Source: Gammaproteobacteria bacterium
GTDB lineage: Bacteria > Pseudomonadota > Gammaproteobacteria > GCA-002705445 > GCA-002716945
Length of the DNA stretch: 58,307 bases
Direction of reading: 5' to 3'
Assembly: GCA_045561295.1 (NCBI GenBank)
Contig: JBJKYD010000014.1
Coordinates: 1 to 58,307 of the forward strand
The notes under the pieces are model-generated. The model saw only the letters and a list, made by a program, of their open reading frames with translations. It did no database searches and was not told the origin of the DNA. The translations under genes and the position numbers were made by a program. Every line of letters begins with the position of its first letter. Within the stretch, counting starts at the first letter, position 1. Positions 20,557 to 32,011 of this stretch are shown piece by piece.

Positions 20557-21051
20557 ATGAAAAAAGATAAAAAAATAAAAGAATTAGATGATTGGCTTAA
20601 AAATTCAAATGATGAAGATTTTGCTCACCATGACGTATCGACATTAAATGAGCATGATCATGAAATATTTGATTATGATTTTGATCAAATAATACTAATA
20701 GATAATAATAAAGGAATTTTTGAGTATAAAAGAAACGGAGTTCAAGACTATGTTCTTAATAAGCTCAAAAGGAAAAACGTATCAGATATTCCAATTGAAA
20801 TAGACCTTCATGGAGAAACAGTAAAGGATGCAATATTGAAACTTGATGATTTCTTCTCAAATGCATTTGCAGATAAAGCTGAATTTATAAAGATAATTTG
20901 TGGCAAAGGTACAAATAGTATTGATAATATCCCAAAGATTAAAATTACAACTCAAGCATATATTAAAAAATCTTTAATTGTTAACGCAGCTTGTACAGCT
21001 AGAGATAAAGATGGTGGTACTGGAGTTATCAAAGTTAAATTAAAAAATTAG
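20557..21051 (+). CDS. Smr domain protein
   Basis: IDLHG, ICGKG, DGGTGV. Confidence 0.85.
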   Translation: MKKDKKIKELDDWLKNSNDEDFAHHDVSTLNEHDHEIFDYDFDQIILIDNNKGIFEYKRNGVQDYVLNKLKRKNVSDIPIEIDLHGETVKDAILKLDDFFSNAFADKAEFIKIICGKGTNSIDNIPKIKITTQAYIKKSLIVNAACTARDKDGGTGVIKVKLKN

Positions 21052-21739
21052 ATATATCATCCTTTGTCAAATAACGATACTCTCCTTCACTCATATCATC
21101 TAACTCTAAAAAAGAATATTTAGTTCTGTGAAGTTTTAAAGTTTTAATTTTCAGAAAATTTAGGGAGTTACGAATCTCTCTATTTTTCCCAGAAGATAAT
21201 ATCACTTTGTATATATTATTATCTAGTTTTTCTATATTTTCAAACTTCCCTATATCATCATCATTGATAGGAACACCTTTGAGCAAATGAATTATATCAT
21301 TCTTAGTCAAAACCTTATCGGTATGAACTATATATTCCCTTTTAAATGAAAAAGATGGATGCATTAGTGTATTTGCGAGATCACCATCATTTGTGAATAA
21401 CAATAAGCCAGTTGTTTCAACATCTAGTCTTCCAACATTAATCCATTTACCATCTACATCAGGGAGACTATCAAAAACCGTTCTTGCATTGTGCGGATCA
21501 GATCTGCTAACAATTTCACCCAAAGGTTTAAAATATTTTATAACTTCAATGTTTTGATAAAGTAAATTATCTACATCAATATCTTTACCCTTTATACTTA
21601 ATAAGTCTCCATGTTTCCATTTATCACCAACTTTAGCTATAGAATCATTTACTTTTATATATCCTGACTCTATTAATTTTTCTGCTGATCTTCTTGAGCA
21701 GATACCTATTTTGGAAAGAAGTTTTTGAAGTCTATACAT
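21035..21739 (-). CDS. rluB: 23S rRNA pseudouridine synthase, RluB-like
   Basis: S4 domain RLQKLLS...SRRSAE, VGRLDVETTGLLLFTNDG; follows scpB. Confidence 0.85.
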   Translation of the reverse strand: MYRLQKLLSKIGICSRRSAEKLIESGYIKVNDSIAKVGDKWKHGDLLSIKGKDIDVDNLLYQNIEVIKYFKPLGEIVSRSDPHNARTVFDSLPDVDGKWINVGRLDVETTGLLLFTNDGDLANTLMHPSFSFKREYIVHTDKVLTKNDIIHLLKGVPINDDDIGKFENIEKLDNNIYKVILSSGKNREIRNSLNFLKIKTLKLHRTKYSFLELDDMSEGEYRYLTKDDISNFLI

Positions 21740-21769
21740 CTTGTTAATAATTGATTATATTAATTATTC

Positions 21770-22270
21770 ATGAAAATACTTAACATAGCTATAATAATTG
21801 TATCTAATACAAGAACACATGAGACTGACAAGTCTGGGAAAAAACTATCTGAAATGATTTCTAATGAGGGTCATGTAATTGTAACTAAAGAAATTGTTAA
21901 GGATGATGTCTATGCTATAAGAAAAGTCGCCTCTGACTTTATTTTAAATAAAGAAATTGATTCCATCATCTTAAGCGGTGGAACAGGTATTACAGGTTCA
22001 GATGGAACACCGGAGGCTATAGAACCTCTACTTGATAAAATAATAGATGGATTTGGTGAATTATTTAGGCTTAAATCGTTCGAAAAGATAAAAACATCGT
22101 CATTACAATCTAGAGCCCTTGCAGGTGTTGCTAATAAAACTTTCATATTTGTATTACCTGGATCAATAGATGCATGTAAAACAGCGTGGAATGAAATAAT
22201 TTGCCATCAACTCAATAGTGAAACAAAGCCATGTAATTTAGTTATGTTAATGCCTAGACTAAAAGAATAA
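21770..22270 (+). CDS. moaB: Molybdenum cofactor biosynthesis protein B
   Basis: DKSG, GGTG, GFGELFR, QSRA, LPGS, PCN. Confidence 0.92.
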   Translation: MKILNIAIIIVSNTRTHETDKSGKKLSEMISNEGHVIVTKEIVKDDVYAIRKVASDFILNKEIDSIILSGGTGITGSDGTPEAIEPLLDKIIDGFGELFRLKSFEKIKTSSLQSRALAGVANKTFIFVLPGSIDACKTAWNEIICHQLNSETKPCNLVMLMPRLKE

Positions 22271-22792
22271 CTAAATGCTCTCAACGTCTGATATTTCAGG
22301 CAAATCAGATAATTTATTTTTATTGAAATAATCAAGAAATTTCGGAGTCGTGCCAAATAATTCAGGTTTTCCTGGTGACTCTTTATGTCCAACAATCTTT
22401 ATCCATTCTAACTCTAACAAAGTTCTTATGATATTTGTGCTTACAGCAATTCCTCTTATCTCTTCTATATCTCCTCTCGTTACAGGTTGTTTGTAAGCAA
22501 TAATTGCAGTTGTCTCTAAAAAAGCCTTAGAAAATTTATTCATACCTTTATCTTTCAGTTTAGATATATAAGTATCTAACCCGTCTTTTGCTTGAAATCT
22601 AAATCCACTAGCAACCTGACAGATATGAATTGCTTTATTTGCATAGTCATGGTTAAGCTCATCAATAGCATGACTAATTTGTTTTTTATTTAGATTTTTA
22701 TCATCTAAGATTTTGGCAATTTGAGATATAGATAATGGCTCATCACTCACAAGTAATAAACATTCGATTATATTTTTAAGTGAATAATTCAT
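22271..22792 (-). CDS. scpB: SMC-Scp subunit ScpB
   Basis: IIAYKQPVTRGDIEEIRG, PGKPELFGTT. Confidence 0.95.
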   Translation of the reverse strand: MNYSLKNIIECLLLVSDEPLSISQIAKILDDKNLNKKQISHAIDELNHDYANKAIHICQVASGFRFQAKDGLDTYISKLKDKGMNKFSKAFLETTAIIAYKQPVTRGDIEEIRGIAVSTNIIRTLLELEWIKIVGHKESPGKPELFGTTPKFLDYFNKNKLSDLPEISDVESI

Positions 22793-23580
22793 TTTTTAAG
22801 GCCTATATAAATTCTTGACATTGGTTCGTTTTGAATTACATCAATCAATGACTCTTTAACAAGCTCTAGAAGTGCAAGAAATGTTACTATAACGCCTAAT
22901 CTACCCTCTTGAAGATTAAATAATTCAACAAATTCAATATTTTCATGATCTTTTAGTTTAGATAGCATTGAGGACATTCTTTCACGAACTGATAATGTTT
23001 CAGATAATATATTATGTGTAGATAATATCTCTGCTCGTCTAAGCACATCCATCAAAGCAAGTTTCAGTTGCTCAATTTTTATATCAGGTAAGTCAATAGT
23101 ATTTCTTTTCTTAGTTTCAATAGCATTTGATACCACATAAAAGTCCCGATAATTTCTAGGGAGATTTTCAATTTGCTCAGATGCATTCTTATATTTCTGG
23201 TATTCTAATAAACGTTTAATAAGATTTGCACGAGGGTCTTCCTCATCCTCAATTTCAGTTTCAACAGGTAATAAAAGTTTTGACTTAATTTCTGTCAAAG
23301 TTGAAGCCATAACTAAATAATCAGCAGCTAATTCGAAATGCATTTCCTCCATTAGCGAGATATAACTCATATACTGTTCAGTGATCGGTAATATAGGCAA
23401 ATCGGTTATATCAATATTTTGCTTTTTAATAAGATATAAAAGTAGATCTAGTGGACCTTCAAAGTCCTCTAAAATAATGCGCAAATGCTCTGGCGGTATA
23501 AATAAATCCTCAGGAATATCAGAAATGGCCTTACCGTTATATATTGCAGTAATTTCAGTCAAAATTAAATCCCATGACAC
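22789..23580 (-). CDS. scpA: SMC-Scp subunit ScpA (start may be TTG 23562)
   Basis: FEGPLDLLLYLI, IKSKLLLP, EDPR, TFLALLEL. Confidence 0.95.
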   Translation of the reverse strand: MSWDLILTEITAIYNGKAISDIPEDLFIPPEHLRIILEDFEGPLDLLLYLIKKQNIDITDLPILPITEQYMSYISLMEEMHFELAADYLVMASTLTEIKSKLLLPVETEIEDEEDPRANLIKRLLEYQKYKNASEQIENLPRNYRDFYVVSNAIETKKRNTIDLPDIKIEQLKLALMDVLRRAEILSTHNILSETLSVRERMSSMLSKLKDHENIEFVELFNLQEGRLGVIVTFLALLELVKESLIDVIQNEPMSRIYIGLKK

Positions 23581-24559
23581 TGTTTAGCTCTAAGATCATT
23601 TTATTGGCTCTTTCACGAGCCTTTAATGAACCATTGTTTAGAGTCTCTTGTAAATATTTTTTATCATTCATTATCTTTTGAATCTCCTTTGATATGGGCT
23701 CAATCAAATTTATTACAACTTCTTTCAACTCATTTTTAAAAGATGATATTTCTTTATTTGCAAAAAGAGCAACTACTTTATCTTTTTCAATGTTAGATAT
23801 TGAACTATAAATTGTAATTAGATTATTAATTTCAGGTCTATTAGCAAGTTGATCAGAAGAAGTTGGCATCGCAAGTGAATCAGATTTTGCTTTATTAATT
23901 TTTGCTGAAATTTCATCATTGGAATCTGTCAGAAGTATTCGTGAATACTTAGAGATATCTGACTTACTCATTTTATTGTTAGCATCGCGTAGACTCATAA
24001 TTCTAGGTGCAGCTTTATTTATAATAGGTTCTGGTAATTTGAAAAATATTTTTTTGTAATCTGTATTAAATTTATGTGCAATATCTCTTGTCAATTCAAG
24101 ATGTTGTTTCTGATCATCACCAACAGGAACTTTATCAGCATTATAAAGAAGAATATCTGCTGCCATCAACACTGGATATGCATATAATCCCAATGATGCA
24201 TTATCACGATTTTTTCCTGCCTTGTCTTTAAACTGTGTCATTCTGTTTAACCAACCAACCCTAGCAGTACAACTGAGGTACCAAGATAAAACGCTATGTT
24301 CTCTTACAGCTGATTGATTAAAGAGAATACATTTTTTAGGATCCAAGCCGCAAGCTAGAAATATTGATAAGACACTATAAACATTTTGTTTTAATTCTTC
24401 TGGGTCTTGAAAGACGGTTATAGCATGTTGGTCTACTATACAAAAAATAGAATCGGTATCATTTTGAAAATTAAGAAATTGTTTTATAGCACCGAGGTAA
24501 TTTCCTAAGTGAATATCACCTGTAGGTTGTACGCCTGAAAAAACTGTATCTTTAGACAT
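23555..24559 (-). CDS. trpS: Tryptophan--tRNA ligase
   Basis: SGVQPTG, HLGN, YPVLMAADIL, VPVGDDQKQH, KMSKS. Confidence 0.97.
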   Translation of the reverse strand: MSKDTVFSGVQPTGDIHLGNYLGAIKQFLNFQNDTDSIFCIVDQHAITVFQDPEELKQNVYSVLSIFLACGLDPKKCILFNQSAVREHSVLSWYLSCTARVGWLNRMTQFKDKAGKNRDNASLGLYAYPVLMAADILLYNADKVPVGDDQKQHLELTRDIAHKFNTDYKKIFFKLPEPIINKAAPRIMSLRDANNKMSKSDISKYSRILLTDSNDEISAKINKAKSDSLAMPTSSDQLANRPEINNLITIYSSISNIEKDKVVALFANKEISSFKNELKEVVINLIEPISKEIQKIMNDKKYLQETLNNGSLKARERANKMILELNSVMGFNFD

Positions 24560-24647
24560 ATAATGAGTGATTCATGTATGATTATTTTAACATAATGATC
24601 TAATTTAGATACTGTATAAATTTTTTTAAATTTTATATACTACGCTT

Positions 24648-24914
24648 ATGACTAAAGAGAGAATTAGAATGATTGAAGAGGGATTGGCTCTATTAAACCC
24701 TTTGAAAATTGAAATAGAAGATGAAGGCCATCTTCATGTTGGTCATGCGGGCGCGAAATCCGGCGGACATTTCAAATTATATATTGTATCTCAGTCTTTT
24801 AATAACATGACCCAAATAAACAGACATAAGCTGATATATGAAACATTATCAGAATTATTGAAAACAGAAATTCATGCTCTGTCTATAAATGCAAAATCTC
24901 CTGAAGAGTTATAA
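24648..24914 (+). CDS. bolA: BolA family protein
   Basis: HVGHAG, GGHF, RHKLIY, IHALSI. Confidence 0.92.
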   Translation: MTKERIRMIEEGLALLNPLKIEIEDEGHLHVGHAGAKSGGHFKLYIVSQSFNNMTQINRHKLIYETLSELLKTEIHALSINAKSPEEL

Positions 24915-25370
24915 ATCTAGCTTAAGCACATACGCATCTTCTCGACCATTTTCAGATTCATAGTAATTTTTTCTTGTGCCAATTATTTGAAAGTTTAATT
25001 TTTCATATAAAGACTGCGCTTCAATATTACCTACTCTTACCTCTAATAATATATTTTCAGAATTTCTAAGTCGAGCTTCGCTAATTATTAGTTCAATAAG
25101 AGATTTTCCAATACCTTTTTTTCTAAAATTTTTTTTAACTGTAAGATTTAATATATGTGTTTCTGGATATGTAATTTTAGCTATTACGTAACCTACTAGA
25201 TTTTCATTAAAAAAAACCGAGAATGAATCATACTTATATAATATACAATCTCTTAGTATTTCTTTAGTCCATGGAAAATTGTATGATTCAAGCTCGAGAT
25301 CATAAATTTTATTCAAATCTTTTATGCTCATAGGAATAAAATTATACAAATCTGATTTTCTAACTGACAT
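24909..25370 (-). CDS. rimI: Ribosomal protein S18 alanine N-acetyltransferase
   Basis: PWT, RKKGIG, LEVR, RKNYY, REDA. Confidence 0.9.
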   Translation of the reverse strand: MSVRKSDLYNFIPMSIKDLNKIYDLELESYNFPWTKEILRDCILYKYDSFSVFFNENLVGYVIAKITYPETHILNLTVKKNFRKKGIGKSLIELIISEARLRNSENILLEVRVGNIEAQSLYEKLNFQIIGTRKNYYESENGREDAYVLKLDL

Positions 25371-25995
25371 TGATATTTTCTTTCATAAATATTAGATCTT
25401 CCCAAACTTTCCTCTTTTCATTAGGGCTTCTCAAAAGATAAGCTGGGTGATAAAAAACAAGTGTTGGTATATTAGTATTCTTATAGAAATGAATTTTTTG
25501 CCTTAATGATGCCATAGGTTCAGAAGAATTAAGTATTCTCTCAGCTGCAATTTTTCCAAGTAAAATGATTACTTTAGGGGATATCAATTCAATTTGTTGA
25601 TCTAAATAACTTGCACAAGATTTAATTTCTTCATTACTGGGATTTCTATTTTCAGGTGGACGACATTTAACTGTATTCGTAATATATACATCATCTCTAG
25701 TAAGTTTGATAGATAGAAGGATTTCTGTTAAAAGTTTCCCTGCTCTTCCAACAAAAGGTTCTGCTGTTAGATCCTCTTCTTTTCCTGGTGCCTCACCAAT
25801 AATTAATATTTGAGAATTATTATTGCCTTTACCAAATACAACCTTATTTCTAGTTTTTGCTAATATACATTTTTGACAATTATCAGCATCTAGTTTTAAA
25901 TCTTCAAAACTTAATATATTTTTTCCTAAACCATCATCATTAAGCCAAGACACATCTATATTCATAAGAGTTAATAGCTCTTTTTTCCTAGACAT
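25360..25995 (-). CDS. Uracil-DNA glycosylase family 4 ([4Fe-4S])
   Basis: CQKC, GEAPG, FVGRAG, KCRPPENR, YHPAYLLR. Confidence 0.93.
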   Translation of the reverse strand: MSRKKELLTLMNIDVSWLNDDGLGKNILSFEDLKLDADNCQKCILAKTRNKVVFGKGNNNSQILIIGEAPGKEEDLTAEPFVGRAGKLLTEILLSIKLTRDDVYITNTVKCRPPENRNPSNEEIKSCASYLDQQIELISPKVIILLGKIAAERILNSSEPMASLRQKIHFYKNTNIPTLVFYHPAYLLRSPNEKRKVWEDLIFMKENINVS

Positions 25996-27539
25996 TAAAT
26001 ACCTGATAGTTTTTTTGATTCAAGATTTGGATTATGATAAATCTTGTTAATAGCATTCAGATAAGCCAAGACTGAAGCTTTAACAATATCAGTGTCTGCA
26101 CCATGTCCATTCACTATGACTTCACCTTTGAGAACCCTTACTGTCACTTCTCCTTGCGCATCTGTTCCTGATGTAATGTTATTTACAGAATAAAGTTTTA
26201 AATCAATATTTAAATCAATTAGATTGTTAATAGCATTAAATGCAGCGTCAACAGCTCCATCACCTTCTGCAGATGAAGTTAGTTCTTTACCCTTGATGTC
26301 CAGTGTAATTTTCGCATGTGGCTTTTTAGAGGAATCACATACTACTGTCATGGATATTAATTGAATATCATCACCTGATAGTTGGACATTATTAGATAAT
26401 TGAATAATATCCTCATCATATATTTCATGCTTCTTATCAGCTAATTCCTTGAATCTAGAAAAGAGATCATTAAATGACTCTTCAGATTCATACTGTAGAT
26501 TTAACTGATCCATTTTCTGCTTGAGAGCATTTCTTCCTGAGTGCTTGCCTAAAACCAATGAATTACTGACAAGACCAATATCTTCGGCTCTCATAATTTC
26601 GTAAGTTTCTCTGGATTTAATAATGCCATCTTGATGAATACCAGATTCATGGGCAAAAGCATTTTTACCAACTATGGCTTTGTTAGGTTGAACTGGAAAT
26701 CCTGTGATGCTTGAAACAAGCCTAGAGCAATTCATAATTTTTTTTGTATTTATTCTTGTATCGCATGAAAAAATATCTCGTCTAGTTTTCACGGTCATTA
26801 CTATTTCCTCTAAAGCAGCATTTCCAGCTCTTTCACCTAGACCATTAATCGTACACTCTACTTGTCTCGCACCGTGAAGAACAGATGATAGCGAATTTGA
26901 TACTGCTAGTCCCAAATCATTATGACAATGAACTGAAAATATAGCATTACTAGCATTAGGTACATTAGAAATAATTTTTTCTATCAATTCACCAAATTGG
27001 TGTGGCATATTATAACCAACCGTATCAGGAATATTTATGGTTGTCGCGCCAGCATTAATTACTTGCTCTATAATCTCACATAGAAAATTGAAATCTGATC
27101 TGCCAGCATCTTCTGGAGAAAATTCTACATCTTCAGCATTATCTTTAGCAATGTTAACAGCATTAACTGCATTTTTAATGACCTGCTCAGGAGTCATTTT
27201 TAGCTTCATTTCCATGTGTATAGGGGATGTAGCAATGAATGTATGAATTCTTGAAAGTTTTGCATTTTTCAAAGCATCAGCTGCTCTTAAAATATCTTTT
27301 TCCAAAGCTCTAGCTAAAGCACAAATCCTTGATGTTTTGATACTATCCGCAATTTCTTTGACTGCAGTAAAATCTCCTTTGCTAGCAATTGGAAATCCGG
27401 CCTCTATAACATCGACATTAAGATCATTTAGTGCATTAGCAATTTGTATTTTCTCTTGAATGTCCATAGATGCGCCAGGACTCTGCTCACCATCTCTAAG
27501 GGTTGTATCAAAAATTATTAATTTATCAGTACCAGTCAT
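25995..27539 (-). CDS. leuA: 2-isopropylmalate synthase
   Basis: DTTLRDGEQ, HCHND, GERAGN, HESGIHQDG, regulatory domain. Confidence 0.98.
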   Translation of the reverse strand: MTGTDKLIIFDTTLRDGEQSPGASMDIQEKIQIANALNDLNVDVIEAGFPIASKGDFTAVKEIADSIKTSRICALARALEKDILRAADALKNAKLSRIHTFIATSPIHMEMKLKMTPEQVIKNAVNAVNIAKDNAEDVEFSPEDAGRSDFNFLCEIIEQVINAGATTINIPDTVGYNMPHQFGELIEKIISNVPNASNAIFSVHCHNDLGLAVSNSLSSVLHGARQVECTINGLGERAGNAALEEIVMTVKTRRDIFSCDTRINTKKIMNCSRLVSSITGFPVQPNKAIVGKNAFAHESGIHQDGIIKSRETYEIMRAEDIGLVSNSLVLGKHSGRNALKQKMDQLNLQYESEESFNDLFSRFKELADKKHEIYDEDIIQLSNNVQLSGDDIQLISMTVVCDSSKKPHAKITLDIKGKELTSSAEGDGAVDAAFNAINNLIDLNIDLKLYSVNNITSGTDAQGEVTVRVLKGEVIVNGHGADTDIVKASVLAYLNAINKIYHNPNLESKKLSGI

Positions 27540-27630
27540 ATCAACGAAATCCTACACTCTATAAGTCTAGTGAGCATTATAACCTAACAGATAGCAGGAA
27601 GTAGTGAAAATATATTAAACTTTACTCAAC

Positions 27631-28404
27631 TTATTGATTATCTTTTGCAGATATATCATTGGGATTCAATTTACTCCTTTTAAATCTTCGAAAAAAGTAT
27701 AGCCCGGGACCTGAGAGACCATAGAATAAAAAGAAAATAAATAATACTTTTGGTGGATCAAATGATATGAAAGAAATAGCCAATGAGATTACAAAAAGCA
27801 TAATATAAGGAATCTTCTGCCTAAAGTTAATGTCTTTAAAACTCATATAAGCAATATTACTTACCATTAGAATTGATAGTGAAACAGTCAAAATAACTGT
27901 CAAAGTGACGTATGATTGAATAACGACTCCTAAGTCTTGCATTAACCATACATAACAAATTAAAATTGCTGCTGCGGCTGGACTAGCTAAACCCATAAAA
28001 TATTTTTTGTCGGTAGTTTGATTTCTAGAGTTAAATCTAGCTAATCTTATTGCTGTTGAAGCGATATAAATAAAACATGCAATATAGGATAACTTAGCAA
28101 GATAACCAGTAGTAAACATGGATAAACTTGAAAGATAAATAAGTAATGCTGGTGCAACACCGAAACATAACATATCAGATAAGCTGTCAAAGTACTCCCC
28201 AAATGATGTCTGTGTATTTGTCATTCTTGCCACTCTGCCATCAAGGCCATCAAGAATCATTGCAAACAAAATATATATAGCAGCTAATACATAATTTCCG
28301 CCAATAGCTGTGATGATTGAATAGAAACCACAAAATAAAGCCCCTGATGTCACAAGGTTTGGTAGCAGATATACTCCAGGTAGTTTATTTCTTTTCTTTC
28401 TCAA
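27631..28404 (-). CDS. pssA: CDP-diacylglycerol--serine O-phosphatidyltransferase
   Basis: LPNLVT, DGLDGRVAR...G..FDSLSD CDP-alcohol motif, RLARFN. Confidence 0.93.
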   Translation of the reverse strand: MRKKRNKLPGVYLLPNLVTSGALFCGFYSIITAIGGNYVLAAIYILFAMILDGLDGRVARMTNTQTSFGEYFDSLSDMLCFGVAPALLIYLSSLSMFTTGYLAKLSYIACFIYIASTAIRLARFNSRNQTTDKKYFMGLASPAAAAILICYVWLMQDLGVVIQSYVTLTVILTVSLSILMVSNIAYMSFKDINFRQKIPYIMLFVISLAISFISFDPPKVLFIFFLFYGLSGPGLYFFRRFKRSKLNPNDISAKDNQ

Positions 28405-29931
<1,527 letters not shown>

Positions 29932-29935
<4 letters not shown>

Positions 29936-31662
29936 GCTAATTCGATATCTTCATTTGCTGAAGGAGCTAAATGCATTTCGTGATGTCCTTTACCGTTCAT
30001 TATCATTGGGTAAACGTTTTCGGTTTCATCAGTAATTACATCTACAAATACTAATCTATTCTTGAGGCTAAGAGCATGAGTTAGATCTTTTTCTAAATCT
30101 TTTGGCTTATCTATTACCATACCGATATGTCCAAAGCTTTCAGCAAGTTGTGCAAAGTTTGGAATAGCATCCATATATGACATTGCATACCTACCCTCGT
30201 AAAAAAACTCTTGCCATTGTCTAACCATACCCATATATCTATTGTTCAAAGTTATAATTTTAATAGGTAATCCATATTGTAAGCATGTAGATAGCTCTTG
30301 TATACACATAAGAATACTAGCTTCACCAGTTACGCAAAGAACTTGTTCTCTAGGATAAGCTAATTGTGCCCCTATAGCTGCTGGTAGGCCAAACCCCATT
30401 GTTCCTAATCCCCCCGAATTAATCCACCTATTAGGTTTATCAAATTTATAATATTGAGCAACCCACATTTGATGTTGTCCTACATCAGAAGTCACAAATG
30501 ATTTTCCTTTTGTAATTTTATGAAGAGTCTCAATTACAGATTGAGGCTTGATCACTTTAGTGGATTTTTTATAAGATAGACATTTCTTTTTTTGCCATGA
30601 ATTTATTTTTCTCCACCATTTACTCAAAGCATCTTTATTGATATCTTTTTTAAAGTGTTTTGTATGATCTAAAAGTTTTTTCAAAATCTGTTTAGTGTCA
30701 CCTATTAAGGAATGATCTACTTCAATAATTTTTGAAATTGATGATGGATCAATATCAATATGAATTATCTTTGCTTTTGGGCAAAATTGATTCGTATCGC
30801 CCGTTACCCTATCATCAAATCTAGCGCCAATAGCGAGCAGAACATCACAGTCATGCATTGCCATATTAGCTTCATATGTCCCATGCATTCCAAGCATACC
30901 TAAAAATTGTTTATCCGATGAGGGATATGCCCCTAATCCCATCAACGTATTAGTTATAGGAAAATTAAGATGTTTAGTTAATTTAACTAGATCATTACTT
31001 GCTTTGCCGAGAATCACTCCGCCTCCAGCGTATATCATAGGTTTTTTTGCAGAACAGATTAGCTTTGCAGCCTCTTTTATTTTTTCATCAGATTCTGATT
31101 TTTTAACATTATAAGATCTAATTTTTATATTTTTCTTATATTCAAAATTAATTTTTACTTTTGGATCTGTTAAGTCTTTTGGAATGTCAATTATTACTGG
31201 ACCAGGCCTTCCAGTCGTTGCAATTATAAAAGCTTTTCTAAATGTTTCTGCAATTGACTCTCGATCATTAATAAGAAAGTTATGTTTACATATTGGCCTT
31301 GTAATACCTGTGGCATCAGCCTCTTGGAAGGCATCACTCCCAACATATTGTCTTGATACTTGTCCAGAGATTACAATCATAGGAATAGAATCCATATGTG
31401 CTGTTGCAATTCCTGTAACACAATTCGTTATACCAGGGCCTGAAGTGACTAAGACAACTCCGGGTTTGTTACATGCCCTCGCATATCCATCCGCTGCATG
31501 TGTTGCGCCTTGTTCGTGCCTAACCAAAACATGTTTAATTTTTTCAGCTGCAAATAATGCATCATAAATATGTAGGACAGCTCCACCAGGATAACCAAAA
31601 ATATATTCTACTCCCTCTTTTTTAAGAGATTCAATAATTATTTCTGATCCGCTAAGTTTCAT
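29932..31662 (-). CDS. ilvI: Acetolactate synthase large subunit
   Basis: FGYPGGAVL, RHEQ, RFDDRVTG, DVGQHQMW, SGGLGTMG, GMVRQWQ. Confidence 0.95.
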
Positions 31663-31685
31663 TCCCTGTCTCTTTAAATAGTTAT

Positions 31686-31916
31686 TTAATTCTTTTTTAT
31701 CATAAAGAAGAATTTATTATCTTTTTCTTCTGATGAAAGTATCTCATTGCCAGTTTGAGTTGCAAAAGATTCAAAATCCATTACTGCGCCTGGATCTGTT
31801 GAAATCACATGGAGTACTTGTCCAGCATCCATAGTATTTATCTCTTTTTTAGCTTTAATAATTGGAAGTGGACAATTAAGGCCACTTGTATCAAGTTCTT
31901 TATCAAAATCGCTCAT
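31686..31916 (-). CDS. tusA: TusA-family sulfur carrier
   Basis: LDTSGLNCPLP (CPxP), TDPG..DF. Confidence 0.85.
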   Translation of the reverse strand: MSDFDKELDTSGLNCPLPIIKAKKEINTMDAGQVLHVISTDPGAVMDFESFATQTGNEILSSEEKDNKFFFMIKKN

Positions 31917-32011
31917 TATCTATTACCTCTTGCGTTATAATTATATATAGAGAACTATATTAGTACATTTGGATAATTTAATATAGAAAAACATACATTG
32001 CGAACTAATAA

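Noticed and set aside
31663-31685. ilv attenuator upstream of ilvI
   Set aside because: Only 23 nt separate tusA and ilvI; no leader peptide or hairpin
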